64,000 bases of DNA from a virus: IMG/VR virus record IMGVR_UViG_3300008050_007409, one strand, 5' to 3'. Shown piece by piece: positions 9,211 through 17,695 of this stretch. Numbering within the stretch: the first letter of the stretch is position 1; each line of letters opens with the position of its first letter. The notes under the pieces are model-generated. The model was not told the DNA's origin and did no database searches. It was given only the letters and a program-made list of their open reading frames with translations. The translations under genes and the position numbers were made by a program.

Positions 9211-11669
9211 CAGGCTGTCCAGAGGCTGGTGTTGGTGCTGTAGCGGCCTTCGACGTACCCGGTCAGCCAGACACCCTCGAAGGAGTCGAACTCACCGCCG
9301 CTCCCTGGATCCTCCAGCTCCCAGATCCAGTCCCCGCTGTCGCTCAGACCGATCTCGAACTCGTGCGTGTAGTACCGGCCCGCCACCAGATTCATGGTGT
9401 GCATCCGGTAGGACGTCGCCTCCTGCCCGTAGCGCATTTCGATGTCGCCAGAGGTCGAGGCATGCAGCTTCATCAGCACACGGACGGCGGCCACACCGGA
9501 GTCTGGGATGTCGGTGCCTGGGACCGGCGTGACTGTCTCCTGGGAGCCCAGAGACAGCGTGGTCGGAGAGGAGAGCTCCGAGCCCTGGGTGTAGATGTGG
9601 ACCTGGCTGCCGATCTTGGTGAACAGCGTGAACTTGCTGACCGCGTTGACGTAGACGCTGGTGAGGAACAGGTAGCTCGAGTCGCTGGGGTGCTTACCGT
9701 CGACCGGCGCCGTCAGGGAGAGCTCTCCCTCTGGTCGTCCTCCCGGAGAGGCCCCTGCCGTGATGTAGACGTAGTGCCAGGTCGAAGCCGTCAACACGTC
9801 CGACCCGTACATGTCCGTAGTGTCCACGTTGATCAGCGACGTGGTGCTGTCGGAGATGTAGGTGACCCCGCCGATCACTGCCTTGCCGTAGCCGACTCGG
9901 ATCCGAGTGTTCGTCTTCGTCTTGATGACGTCGAAGCCCTCCAGGCGGGAGGTCTGCTTCAGCGTAGCCATGATGTTGGTGGCGTCCGGATCTTCGGCTC
10001 CAGTGAGGGCCGCGGCGAGGTCGCTGTCCACGTCGGAGAGGTGGGACAGCTGAGCGCTCAGACCGATATGGATCTCCCCTGGAATGGAGTCGTCCAGGTT
10101 GATGCCGGCGTTCTGGTGGAAGGAGAGAGCCCCTGTCTGAGCCCCCTGAGATCCACCATCGACCTCGATGCTCGCGACTCCTGCCGCGACAGTGGCAGTG
10201 ATCACGATGGAGTTGTTGCCGTAGTCGTAGGCCAGGCTGACGCCTGATCCCGACTCGATCTTCACGTCACCATCGAGGGTTGCTCCGCCGAGGCCCTGGA
10301 TGCCTACGGAGTCGACCGGGCTCGGCCCCTCCCCCTGCAGACCAACGAAGGCTTCGAGCCAGTCGTTGGTCTGCGGCCAGCTGTAGGGGATCGCATGTGT
10401 CGCGGCTGGGTGGTAGGCGGGCTCGGACACGGCCTGGCCGTCAGCCAGGAAGACGATCTTGGAGCCGGTGCTGCTACCCTCGTCCACCTCGAGGTAGCGG
10501 TCTCCGTCGTCGAGAGATCCGACCAGAGATCCTGACGGGTAGGAGCCAGACCAGTAGGCGTCGCTGCCCTTCACCTTCTGCCCGTTCATGTAGACCATGA
10601 GCGAGCCGTCGCCGACCTTGTAGTCGCGCTCTGGGTAGGTGCCGCCTTCGGTGAGGTCGTAGACCTGGGTGGCGTCTCCGTAGGCCCGGTACATGAACTC
10701 CACGCCAGAGCTCACACCACCCAGTCGGCGGCGATCTCCGTCGCTGAGTGCGGTTCCGTCCCAGAGGTAGATGCGGCCGTCGACTGCGTCGTGGTAGGCC
10801 AGAACGAAGACGTTGTCGCCCAGGCTCACTGACCCATCTGCGACAGCCGAGAGGGTACCGGAAACGTCCACCGCAGACCCGGGAGCCCTGGTGAGCGTTA
10901 GGACCAGGAACTCTCCGGCGGCCACGGTGGCGTTCCCGGCTGGAATTCGGTTGTTCCCTGCGTAGGCGGGGAACGAGAGCACGAGCTGAGCATCCCAGGT
11001 GAGGAGCTCCGCCGTCTCGTCCCAGGTGATGAACCCGCCGCCGTGCAGGAGGAACTGGAGGTTCTCCTTCTGGTTGGTGTGGACCAGGGTGAGCTCGGAC
11101 TGCTGCCCGTACTGCGTGTCGGTGAAGCCGTTGGCCGTGAGGCTCTCACCTGTGAGGATCCGCCGACCGTCCCAGAGCACCAGGCCGTTCGCGTCCCGGT
11201 AGGCCAGGAGCTGGTAGTCGAGCCTGTCGGTGTTCCCCGTCACCAGGGTCACGAAGGCCAGCATGTTGGCCGAGATCCCGATGGTGGGGTTGGCGCCGTT
11301 GGTCTCCCGATCCAGGACGCAGTAGGCGATGTTCCCGGCACTGGCCAGGGTGATCGCTGTCGCCGAGGCGATCACGTTGTTGTTGGCACCTCCGAGCTCG
11401 TTGAGCATCTTGAGGGTGAGATCGGCCGTCCTGGTGAAGGAGCCCGAGACGTGATCCCAGGCCAGCGTGCCGCCGCCGGCGATGACCATGTTCCGGTCGG
11501 TCTGCAGCACGTCGAGCAGGGCGTCGATGCTGCGTGCCAGGCGCTGGGCGATCCGGTTGGTACCCGTGGCGCTGGAGAGACTCCCTGACTCGAGCTTCTC
11601 GCCGTACCCGATGAACTCGGACGCGGCCAGCATCTCGGCGTAGGTGCGAAGCTGGTCAGAGGTGCTCAT
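9210..11669 (-). CDS. tail fibre-like virion protein (819 aa)
   Basis: Two GGG-x-x-x-WD modules, LMVYMNG, TASTWHYVY tail-protein-like segment; TGATG coupling. Confidence 0.7.
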   Translation of the reverse strand: MSTSDQLRTYAEMLAASEFIGYGEKLESGSLSSATGTNRIAQRLARSIDALLDVLQTDRNMVIAGGGTLAWDHVSGSFTRTADLTLKMLNELGGANNNVIASATAITLASAGNIAYCVLDRETNGANPTIGISANMLAFVTLVTGNTDRLDYQLLAYRDANGLVLWDGRRILTGESLTANGFTDTQYGQQSELTLVHTNQKENLQFLLHGGGFITWDETAELLTWDAQLVLSFPAYAGNNRIPAGNATVAAGEFLVLTLTRAPGSAVDVSGTLSAVADGSVSLGDNVFVLAYHDAVDGRIYLWDGTALSDGDRRRLGGVSSGVEFMYRAYGDATQVYDLTEGGTYPERDYKVGDGSLMVYMNGQKVKGSDAYWSGSYPSGSLVGSLDDGDRYLEVDEGSSTGSKIVFLADGQAVSEPAYHPAATHAIPYSWPQTNDWLEAFVGLQGEGPSPVDSVGIQGLGGATLDGDVKIESGSGVSLAYDYGNNSIVITATVAAGVASIEVDGGSQGAQTGALSFHQNAGINLDDSIPGEIHIGLSAQLSHLSDVDSDLAAALTGAEDPDATNIMATLKQTSRLEGFDVIKTKTNTRIRVGYGKAVIGGVTYISDSTTSLINVDTTDMYGSDVLTASTWHYVYITAGASPGGRPEGELSLTAPVDGKHPSDSSYLFLTSVYVNAVSKFTLFTKIGSQVHIYTQGSELSSPTTLSLGSQETVTPVPGTDIPDSGVAAVRVLMKLHASTSGDIEMRYGQEATSYRMHTMNLVAGRYYTHEFEIGLSDSGDWIWELEDPGSGGEFDSFEGVWLTGYVEGRYSTNTSLWTA

Positions 11670-11672
11670 TGA

Positions 11673-12254
11673 TCAGAACCTGAGCGTCCAGCGGAGCTGG
11701 AGCGTGAAGTCGTTGTTCTTCGTGAAGGCCGTGAAGGTCTTCCGGGCGTAGGGGTGCGTGCCGTCGTTGCTCCAGAGCATGGCCTCGGAGATGGTCTGGT
11801 TGACCTCGGACTCGCTCCACTGCGCCACGAAGGTGACGTAGGGGTTGGTGCCGTCGAACTCGACCTCGGTGACCGCCTTCGCGGAGTCTGGCGTGAGGGC
11901 CGTGTCGAGCTCGCTGTCGGAGCTGGCCTCGGCCGTGGTCCCGGAGCCCAGCTCGATGTTGCCGATCTTGTAGTCGTCGCCGCTCAGGTTCCCCGTGAAG
12001 GTCGAGGGGACGATGAGCCGACGCATGATGTCGCGGCCGGAGTAGGGAGGTCCGCCCACGAAGCCTGTGACCACGTTGCGGCCAAAGACCGGACGCCAGA
12101 TCCGCTTCTTCTCGCGGTGGTGCACCTCCCCGGTGTCCTTGTGGATGAGGAGGATCTCGACCCAGCCACGGGGTCGGAAGTTGTCGAGCAGGGCGTCTGC
12201 GTCCTTGCGGAACTCCCTGACCCACTCACTGATCTTCTGGAGCAGTCTTCGCAT
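11673..12254 (-). CDS. tail-collar/fibre attachment protein
   Basis: IELGSGTTAEASSDSELDT..TFVAQWSESEVNQTISEAML..YARKTFTAFTK..LRWTLRF typical of baseplate-fibre junction domains; start moved to ATG 12254 with RBS-like GAAGGA. Confidence 0.7.
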   Translation of the reverse strand: MRRLLQKISEWVREFRKDADALLDNFRPRGWVEILLIHKDTGEVHHREKKRIWRPVFGRNVVTGFVGGPPYSGRDIMRRLIVPSTFTGNLSGDDYKIGNIELGSGTTAEASSDSELDTALTPDSAKAVTEVEFDGTNPYVTFVAQWSESEVNQTISEAMLWSNDGTHPYARKTFTAFTKNNDFTLQLRWTLRF

Positions 12255-12392
12255 CGTCCTTCTTCCGCGGGAGGTTGGGGGAGGCGTGCTCCCGCTTGTC
12301 GTCCTTGTAGATACCCGAGTGGGGCTCTCCTCGCCGTAGCAGCCTGATCTGGAGAGTATCACCTCGAGGCTTGAGGAGGTCAGCGAGCTTCA

Positions 12393-15300
12393 TCAGATCG
12401 GCTCCGCAACAGTGTCCGAAAGCTGGCCGCCGGCGGTGCCGTTCCAGTCGGTGAAGTTCTGGCTGCCACTGGGTAGCCCGACAGCCAGAGGAAGAACACC
12501 ATCTCGCCGGATGGCCTGCGTGGTTCCAGAGTTACCTGAGTAACTGGAAGTCAGCGTGATGTTGACTCCTGAGATCGTCAAGATCTCCGCCACAGGTTCC
12601 CCGCCAGGAACCGACTGAATCCAGTCGCCCACGGCGAGCTCGCCAGTCCCGGTGGCGGAGAGGTCAGAGCTGCAGACCACGGCGCCCGAGCTGTTGGCGA
12701 AAAGCAGGGTGTCCGAGAGGACATTGGCGGCGATGTAGGCCCGCACCAAGGTCTGATCTTCAGTAGCGACCGGAGTGACCTGGATGCTGTCGTTGTCGAT
12801 GATCGAGGTGACCTCGTGCCAGGTCCCGTCCCTGGCCACGATGAACTTGTCCGTGGTCGAGCTGTTGTCGTGGACCTCCCAGTCCTCCCCGGAGAGGCCC
12901 GCGAAATCGGCATCGTAGGCGAACTTGAGATTCTCGTCGTCCGTGACCTCCGTGATAGTCACGTAGCCTACGGCTCCGATCTTCAGCCGGGTCAGGTTGG
13001 TCGGGGGAGTCGCGGCGCCTCCGTTGGGGATCGAGGTGAGGAAGTTCTCCCCGGTCACGGTGAAAGTGATGGGACCAGAGCCCGGACTGTCGGTGTCGCC
13101 ATCCCCAGAGCCAGAGTCCCTGAGCAGGCCGAGCTCCGTGATGTACTCGACGTTCCCGTTCCCCTCGACACCAGCCGAGAACTCCGTAAAGGTCGAGCGG
13201 CCCGTCAGATGATCCTCTCCGTAGCCAACCGAGAGATCCACCACGAACGTGAACTCCTCCTCCGGGCACTGCTCGAGGAACTGGTCGTGGAAGGCTTCTC
13301 GGTAGTCCGGGTCCAGCAGCGTGAGCTGGTAGACCCCGTCGCTGCCTCCGAAGACCGTGTTGAAGGTCAGGGCGTCGTCGGCGCCGACGTTGGACACCTC
13401 GCCCCAGATCTTGAGCTGCCCTGTCGTGAGCCAGGCGACGCCGGTATCATCATCAGTCAGAGGTGCGTCCAGCGTGACCTCCGTGGAGCTGTCCACGGAC
13501 TGCACCTCGTACTCGGTGCCGTCGATGGTCATCATGTCGCCGTCTTCGACGCCTGCGAAGCCCGTCACTGTGTCGGTGAAGGTGTTGGATCCCGATGTCG
13601 CGACGCCGTCTGCCCCGGAGAGCTGCAGGGCGACGGCGACGTAGGTGTTGGTCAACGCCCCGGACCCGATCTCAGTAGTCCAGGCTGTCCCTACGCCAGC
13701 TCCGGCTCCTGAGCCGTTGGTGAGGGTGGCCGTGCCCGTCAGGTAGTACCTGACCTCGGAGTCGCTGTAGACGCCCTGGAGCTGGGCGGAGGTGTAGTCC
13801 TTGCCCGTCTCCCGCATGGCCGCGGAGGTCTCTCCCCACTCGTCCACGCCTTGATCGTACTTCCAGTCAGCCTCCTCCCCCTCGTAGATCGCGTCGTCGT
13901 AGGCCACCAGAGGAGGCTCGTCGCAGGGGATGTCGTAGAGGTTCAGGGCCAGGACGAACTTCAGCTCGTCGTCCAGGTCGACCTCGTCGGTCACGTCCTT
14001 GTGGACGACGAACAGCGCGGACTTCCAGGTGGGCTTGATCGTCTCCACGAAGGACGCGGCGCCTGAGAGGTCCTCGATGTCGAAGGCGTCGATGTTGAGG
14101 AACACCGCGAAGGTGTGGAACTTCTCCACCTCGTGCAGATCGAAGTGGATGAACCACTCCGGACGGGAGAGGTAGTCCTTGATCTGCACCCCGTCGCAGA
14201 GGGGCTGGAAGGCCTTGACCTCGTCCCCCACGACCAACGAAGTCCCCACCAGCAGCGGGTAGAGGTAGCCTGTGCCGTCGATGGTGAGCTCACCGTAGTC
14301 GCCGGAGTAGGCCTCGTTGATGGAGTCGACCTCCCCCGCCTCCTCGGCGATGGGCAGGCCCAGGAGGATCTGCACTCCGGCCTTGATGGAGCTCGGGGTC
14401 GGGCCCTGGTAGTAGGCGTAGTAGAGCCCGCGGACCTTGGAGCGGTAGGTGGCGCTGGACTCCTCGTTGCCCAGGCCCACGTGGGCGCCGAAGTTGTTGT
14501 AGAGCACGTCCTCGTCGTAGGTGCTGTACTCAGCCCACATCGCCGAGGCCGGCGGCTCCTTGAACTGGAAGGCTGATCCGACCACCTCGAAGTCCGTCCC
14601 CTCGTAGAGGTAGACCTCTGGCGTGGTGACCTGGTCCTGCAGGATGGGGGCGGACAGGAGCGTCTCCTCGACGGTCGGATCGAAGTAGATCCAGGTGTCC
14701 GTGTAGCCGGTCAGGGCCTTCCTCCGTGCCTTGGTCGGGATCGAGCCGCCGAACAGCGTGCCCCCAGACCCGTCTGAGACGTAGCGCAGATCGATGGCGG
14801 CCGTGCCGAACTGGTCCACGGTGAAGGTCGGATCTCCAGCCAGGTTGGGGAGGTCCAGAGACACGCTGGTCCTCTGGAGCTTGCCCACGATGGAGTAGGT
14901 GATCCCCGAGCTTCCTGCGGGCAGAGACGAAGAGGCCACGACCAGGGTGCCGCCGGCGACCGTCACGATCTCGTACTCGTCGGTGTCAATGATCAGCGTG
15001 TCTCCGGCGACTACGCCGTCGTCGTCGAAGTCCTGACTCGAGTCGGAGAAGCCCGCGGTGTAGATGTCCGAGGAGTCGGTCGAGTCACACTCCCCTTCGG
15101 TGCCCGTGGCCTTCTCGGCCTCGAGCTCGTGAAGGGTCAGGGTCAGGATCCCGTCCTTCGCCTCGTAGCTGGCCTCGAAGCTGTACTCGGTGTCGATCGC
15201 CATCTCCCAGGAGCCGGTGGTGCTGGTGAGCACTCCGATCTGGGAGTAGTGCCCGACGAAGGGGAAGAGCACGCCGTCCCCGTCCGCCACGGCGCCGACG

Positions 15301-15872
15301 ACCAAGGCGTTGGCGATGGCGTTCTTGTCGGTCGAGCTGAAGTAGCCGAACTGCGCCCCGGACCAGATCGACACCTCCGAGAAGGAGGCTGTCACCGACC
15401 AGGAGAGCGAACCATCCTGGGTGGAGGATCCGTTCAGAGCTGTCGTGGACTTGTCGTGGCCGCGCCTGTTGACCCAAGAGCCGTCCAGGCGGAAGTAGGT
15501 CCCGTCCCACTCCAGTCGATTAGAGACACCGACCGTCGTCAGTCCTGGATCCTTCGTGAAGGTCTCCGTCTTGATCAGGTCGTAGAGGATCCACTTCCGC
15601 TGCTGATGGACCGGGATGTCCTTCAGGGAGTAGGACGCGCCGGCCTGCCAGGCGTCGAGCATCAGGCCGGAGGTCGTCCTGATCATGGCCTCCCAGGAGT
15701 GGGTGAAGACCTCCCGGTCGTCCATGAGGGCGCGGTAGGCGGAGGGCAGGAGCTGCCAGATGAACTCCCCGCTGACCTCGTCGGCGTAGACCGGGTCGTA
15801 GCCCTTCTGGGCATCGGAGATGGTGGACTCAACGGTTGATCCACCGAAGTCCCCGCCGAGGAAGTACGCCAT
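12393..15872 (-). CDS. large baseplate wedge-like structural protein (1159 aa)
   Basis: LYNNFG..YRSKVRGLYYAYYQGPTPSSIKAGVQILLGLP and FVETIKPTW resemble P2 gpI/T4 gp7-type wedge segments; very acidic. Confidence 0.65.
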   Translation of the reverse strand: MAYFLGGDFGGSTVESTISDAQKGYDPVYADEVSGEFIWQLLPSAYRALMDDREVFTHSWEAMIRTTSGLMLDAWQAGASYSLKDIPVHQQRKWILYDLIKTETFTKDPGLTTVGVSNRLEWDGTYFRLDGSWVNRRGHDKSTTALNGSSTQDGSLSWSVTASFSEVSIWSGAQFGYFSSTDKNAIANALVVGAVADGDGVLFPFVGHYSQIGVLTSTTGSWEMAIDTEYSFEASYEAKDGILTLTLHELEAEKATGTEGECDSTDSSDIYTAGFSDSSQDFDDDGVVAGDTLIIDTDEYEIVTVAGGTLVVASSSLPAGSSGITYSIVGKLQRTSVSLDLPNLAGDPTFTVDQFGTAAIDLRYVSDGSGGTLFGGSIPTKARRKALTGYTDTWIYFDPTVEETLLSAPILQDQVTTPEVYLYEGTDFEVVGSAFQFKEPPASAMWAEYSTYDEDVLYNNFGAHVGLGNEESSATYRSKVRGLYYAYYQGPTPSSIKAGVQILLGLPIAEEAGEVDSINEAYSGDYGELTIDGTGYLYPLLVGTSLVVGDEVKAFQPLCDGVQIKDYLSRPEWFIHFDLHEVEKFHTFAVFLNIDAFDIEDLSGAASFVETIKPTWKSALFVVHKDVTDEVDLDDELKFVLALNLYDIPCDEPPLVAYDDAIYEGEEADWKYDQGVDEWGETSAAMRETGKDYTSAQLQGVYSDSEVRYYLTGTATLTNGSGAGAGVGTAWTTEIGSGALTNTYVAVALQLSGADGVATSGSNTFTDTVTGFAGVEDGDMMTIDGTEYEVQSVDSSTEVTLDAPLTDDDTGVAWLTTGQLKIWGEVSNVGADDALTFNTVFGGSDGVYQLTLLDPDYREAFHDQFLEQCPEEEFTFVVDLSVGYGEDHLTGRSTFTEFSAGVEGNGNVEYITELGLLRDSGSGDGDTDSPGSGPITFTVTGENFLTSIPNGGAATPPTNLTRLKIGAVGYVTITEVTDDENLKFAYDADFAGLSGEDWEVHDNSSTTDKFIVARDGTWHEVTSIIDNDSIQVTPVATEDQTLVRAYIAANVLSDTLLFANSSGAVVCSSDLSATGTGELAVGDWIQSVPGGEPVAEILTISGVNITLTSSYSGNSGTTQAIRRDGVLPLAVGLPSGSQNFTDWNGTAGGQLSDTVAEPI
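15418..15491 (+). repeat. 74-bp dispersed repeat, copy 1 (donor, inside baseplate gene)
   Basis: 73/74 identical to 63566-63639 (G15439 vs A63587). Confidence 0.95.
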
Positions 15873-17449
15873 CAGGCCACCTCAGATTCGTCGTCAGGTG
15901 GACCTTCCGTGTTCCGGTAGGAGACGATGCAGTTGACCACACCTCCCAAGTCGTCCTGGTCGAAGTACTGGAAGGCCTGGTGGATGCTGGTGTCGATCTC
16001 GGTCACCACGCAGTCAGCTCCATCCACGGCGGACACCATGACGTTGCCCGTCTCCGGGTCGACAGAGACGTCCACGCAGGAGGAGATGTCCCCCTCCAAG
16101 ATCTCGTAGGTCGGTGTCAGGATCGAGGTGGAGCTGCCGTAGATCAGCTCACCCGCTGAGAAGCTGACGCTGGTGGCGTCGAAGACGCTCTGCAGCACGA
16201 GGAACACACCCTGGTCCGTGGCGACGTAGACGGAGCTCCCGGAGATGCGCACCTTGTTGATCTCGGCGATCTCGACATGAGTCAGCACCACCTTGGTGGA
16301 CCCCGAGCCCGTGCGAGGATCGAGGGCGCCAGCCCCCGTGTACCAGTCCTCGTTGGAGACCTGGGCGACGAGCTGCTGCCCGTTGGCGAAAGCCAGGACG
16401 CCTCCAGATCCGATGAAGATGCTGGGGACGGGCCGGTGGCTCACGTGGATGGAGCCAGAGTCTGTGAGATCGACTTCGGGATCCACGGAGATCTGTTCGT
16501 CTTGTACCTCAGTGACCGTGACCTCGAAGACGGGCCCAGAGGACGGGGTCAGGATGAGGGTGTCTCCGACCCTGACCTCGTTGGCCTTCCAGACCGCGGG
16601 CCCGGAGGGCTTCCTCAAGTACGGGGTGTCGCCGTCGCCGTCGTTGTCGTCGTAGGCCTCCCAGTCCCCAAGACCGGTGACCAGGAAGTCGTCGTGCTCC
16701 TTGGCCTGCGGCGAGCTCACCAGCGAGGAGAGCAGCACGATGCCCGTCATCCCCCTGGAGTGCCCCACGGCGGTCACGACGATGCCGCCGGACGAGCTCT
16801 CCGAGACGGCTGCCCCCACCACGCCCACGTCGACGCAGAGACAGTCGCGGTAGGTCGCGTACTGGGTGTAGACCTCGGCCTCGAGCATGCCGTCTACGTT
16901 CCGGTCCTGCAGCGTCACGCTCCCGGAATGGTGCGAGACCACGGTGCCCAGGTAGAAGGAGCGGTCGTTCCTGAAGTCCCCGATCCGGATGCCGACAGAG
17001 GTGGCCACGACCAGGAAGCCGTCGATGAAGGCGGCCTGCCTGATCTCGGTGGTATCGTCCCCCAGGAAGGTCCCGAAGCTGAAGGCGGTGACGCCGTCAT
17101 GCGGGACGAACCGCATCCACACGTCCAGGCTGTCCGCGTCGAGGATCACCACCTCGGAGGCCGTGGTGACGACGAAGATCCTGTCCGGGAAGCGGTCCAG
17201 CGTACCTCGGTAGAGATCCGCCTCCTCGTGCTCTCCCTCGGAAGACCAGGTGGCCTTGAAGGGGAGGTGCGTCGGGTCCGCGGCGCCGTCGGTGTACCAG
17301 AAGCCGTCTGCGGCGTAGCCGGTGAAGCTGGAGTCGGGATTGGCGAACGGGCTCTTGGAGACGTCGACGAACCTCATGTCCAAGATCTCCGCACCGATCA
17401 GGTGGGCGATCCCTTCGTTGTCCAGAGTTCCTGTCGAGATAGTGGCCAT
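15872..17449 (-). CDS. virion structural protein, probable beta-propeller
   Basis: Repeated blade-like segments (FLVVATSVGIRI, VYVATDQGVFLV); start set at MATIST. Confidence 0.6.
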   Translation of the reverse strand: MATISTGTLDNEGIAHLIGAEILDMRFVDVSKSPFANPDSSFTGYAADGFWYTDGAADPTHLPFKATWSSEGEHEEADLYRGTLDRFPDRIFVVTTASEVVILDADSLDVWMRFVPHDGVTAFSFGTFLGDDTTEIRQAAFIDGFLVVATSVGIRIGDFRNDRSFYLGTVVSHHSGSVTLQDRNVDGMLEAEVYTQYATYRDCLCVDVGVVGAAVSESSSGGIVVTAVGHSRGMTGIVLLSSLVSSPQAKEHDDFLVTGLGDWEAYDDNDGDGDTPYLRKPSGPAVWKANEVRVGDTLILTPSSGPVFEVTVTEVQDEQISVDPEVDLTDSGSIHVSHRPVPSIFIGSGGVLAFANGQQLVAQVSNEDWYTGAGALDPRTGSGSTKVVLTHVEIAEINKVRISGSSVYVATDQGVFLVLQSVFDATSVSFSAGELIYGSSTSILTPTYEILEGDISSCVDVSVDPETGNVMVSAVDGADCVVTEIDTSIHQAFQYFDQDDLGGVVNCIVSYRNTEGPPDDESEVA

Positions 17450-17494
17450 CAGAGTTCTGCACCCGGTCTGCCCAGGTGGATTAGCATACTGCAC

Positions 17495-17695
17495 ATGGAC
17501 ACGCAGACACACCGCCCTCGACTCAGCCAGGAGGATCTCCTCGATCTGGTGAAGGACCAGAAGGTCGTGCCGGGTCTGCTGACCCCGAAGCGCTGTGGAC
17601 GCTGCGACTGCCTCATGGCCCCCGAGAGGACCCTCGAAGGCGAGTCACGCTTCATCTGCCCGAACTGCCCCGAGACGGCTACGAGTCCTCAGTAG
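17495..17695 (+). CDS. small zinc-ribbon protein on the opposite strand of the virion operon
   Basis: MDTQTHRPRLSQEDLLDLVKDQ..CGRCDC..CPNC; fills the only gap between two minus-strand genes. Confidence 0.7.
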   Translation: MDTQTHRPRLSQEDLLDLVKDQKVVPGLLTPKRCGRCDCLMAPERTLEGESRFICPNCPETATSPQ

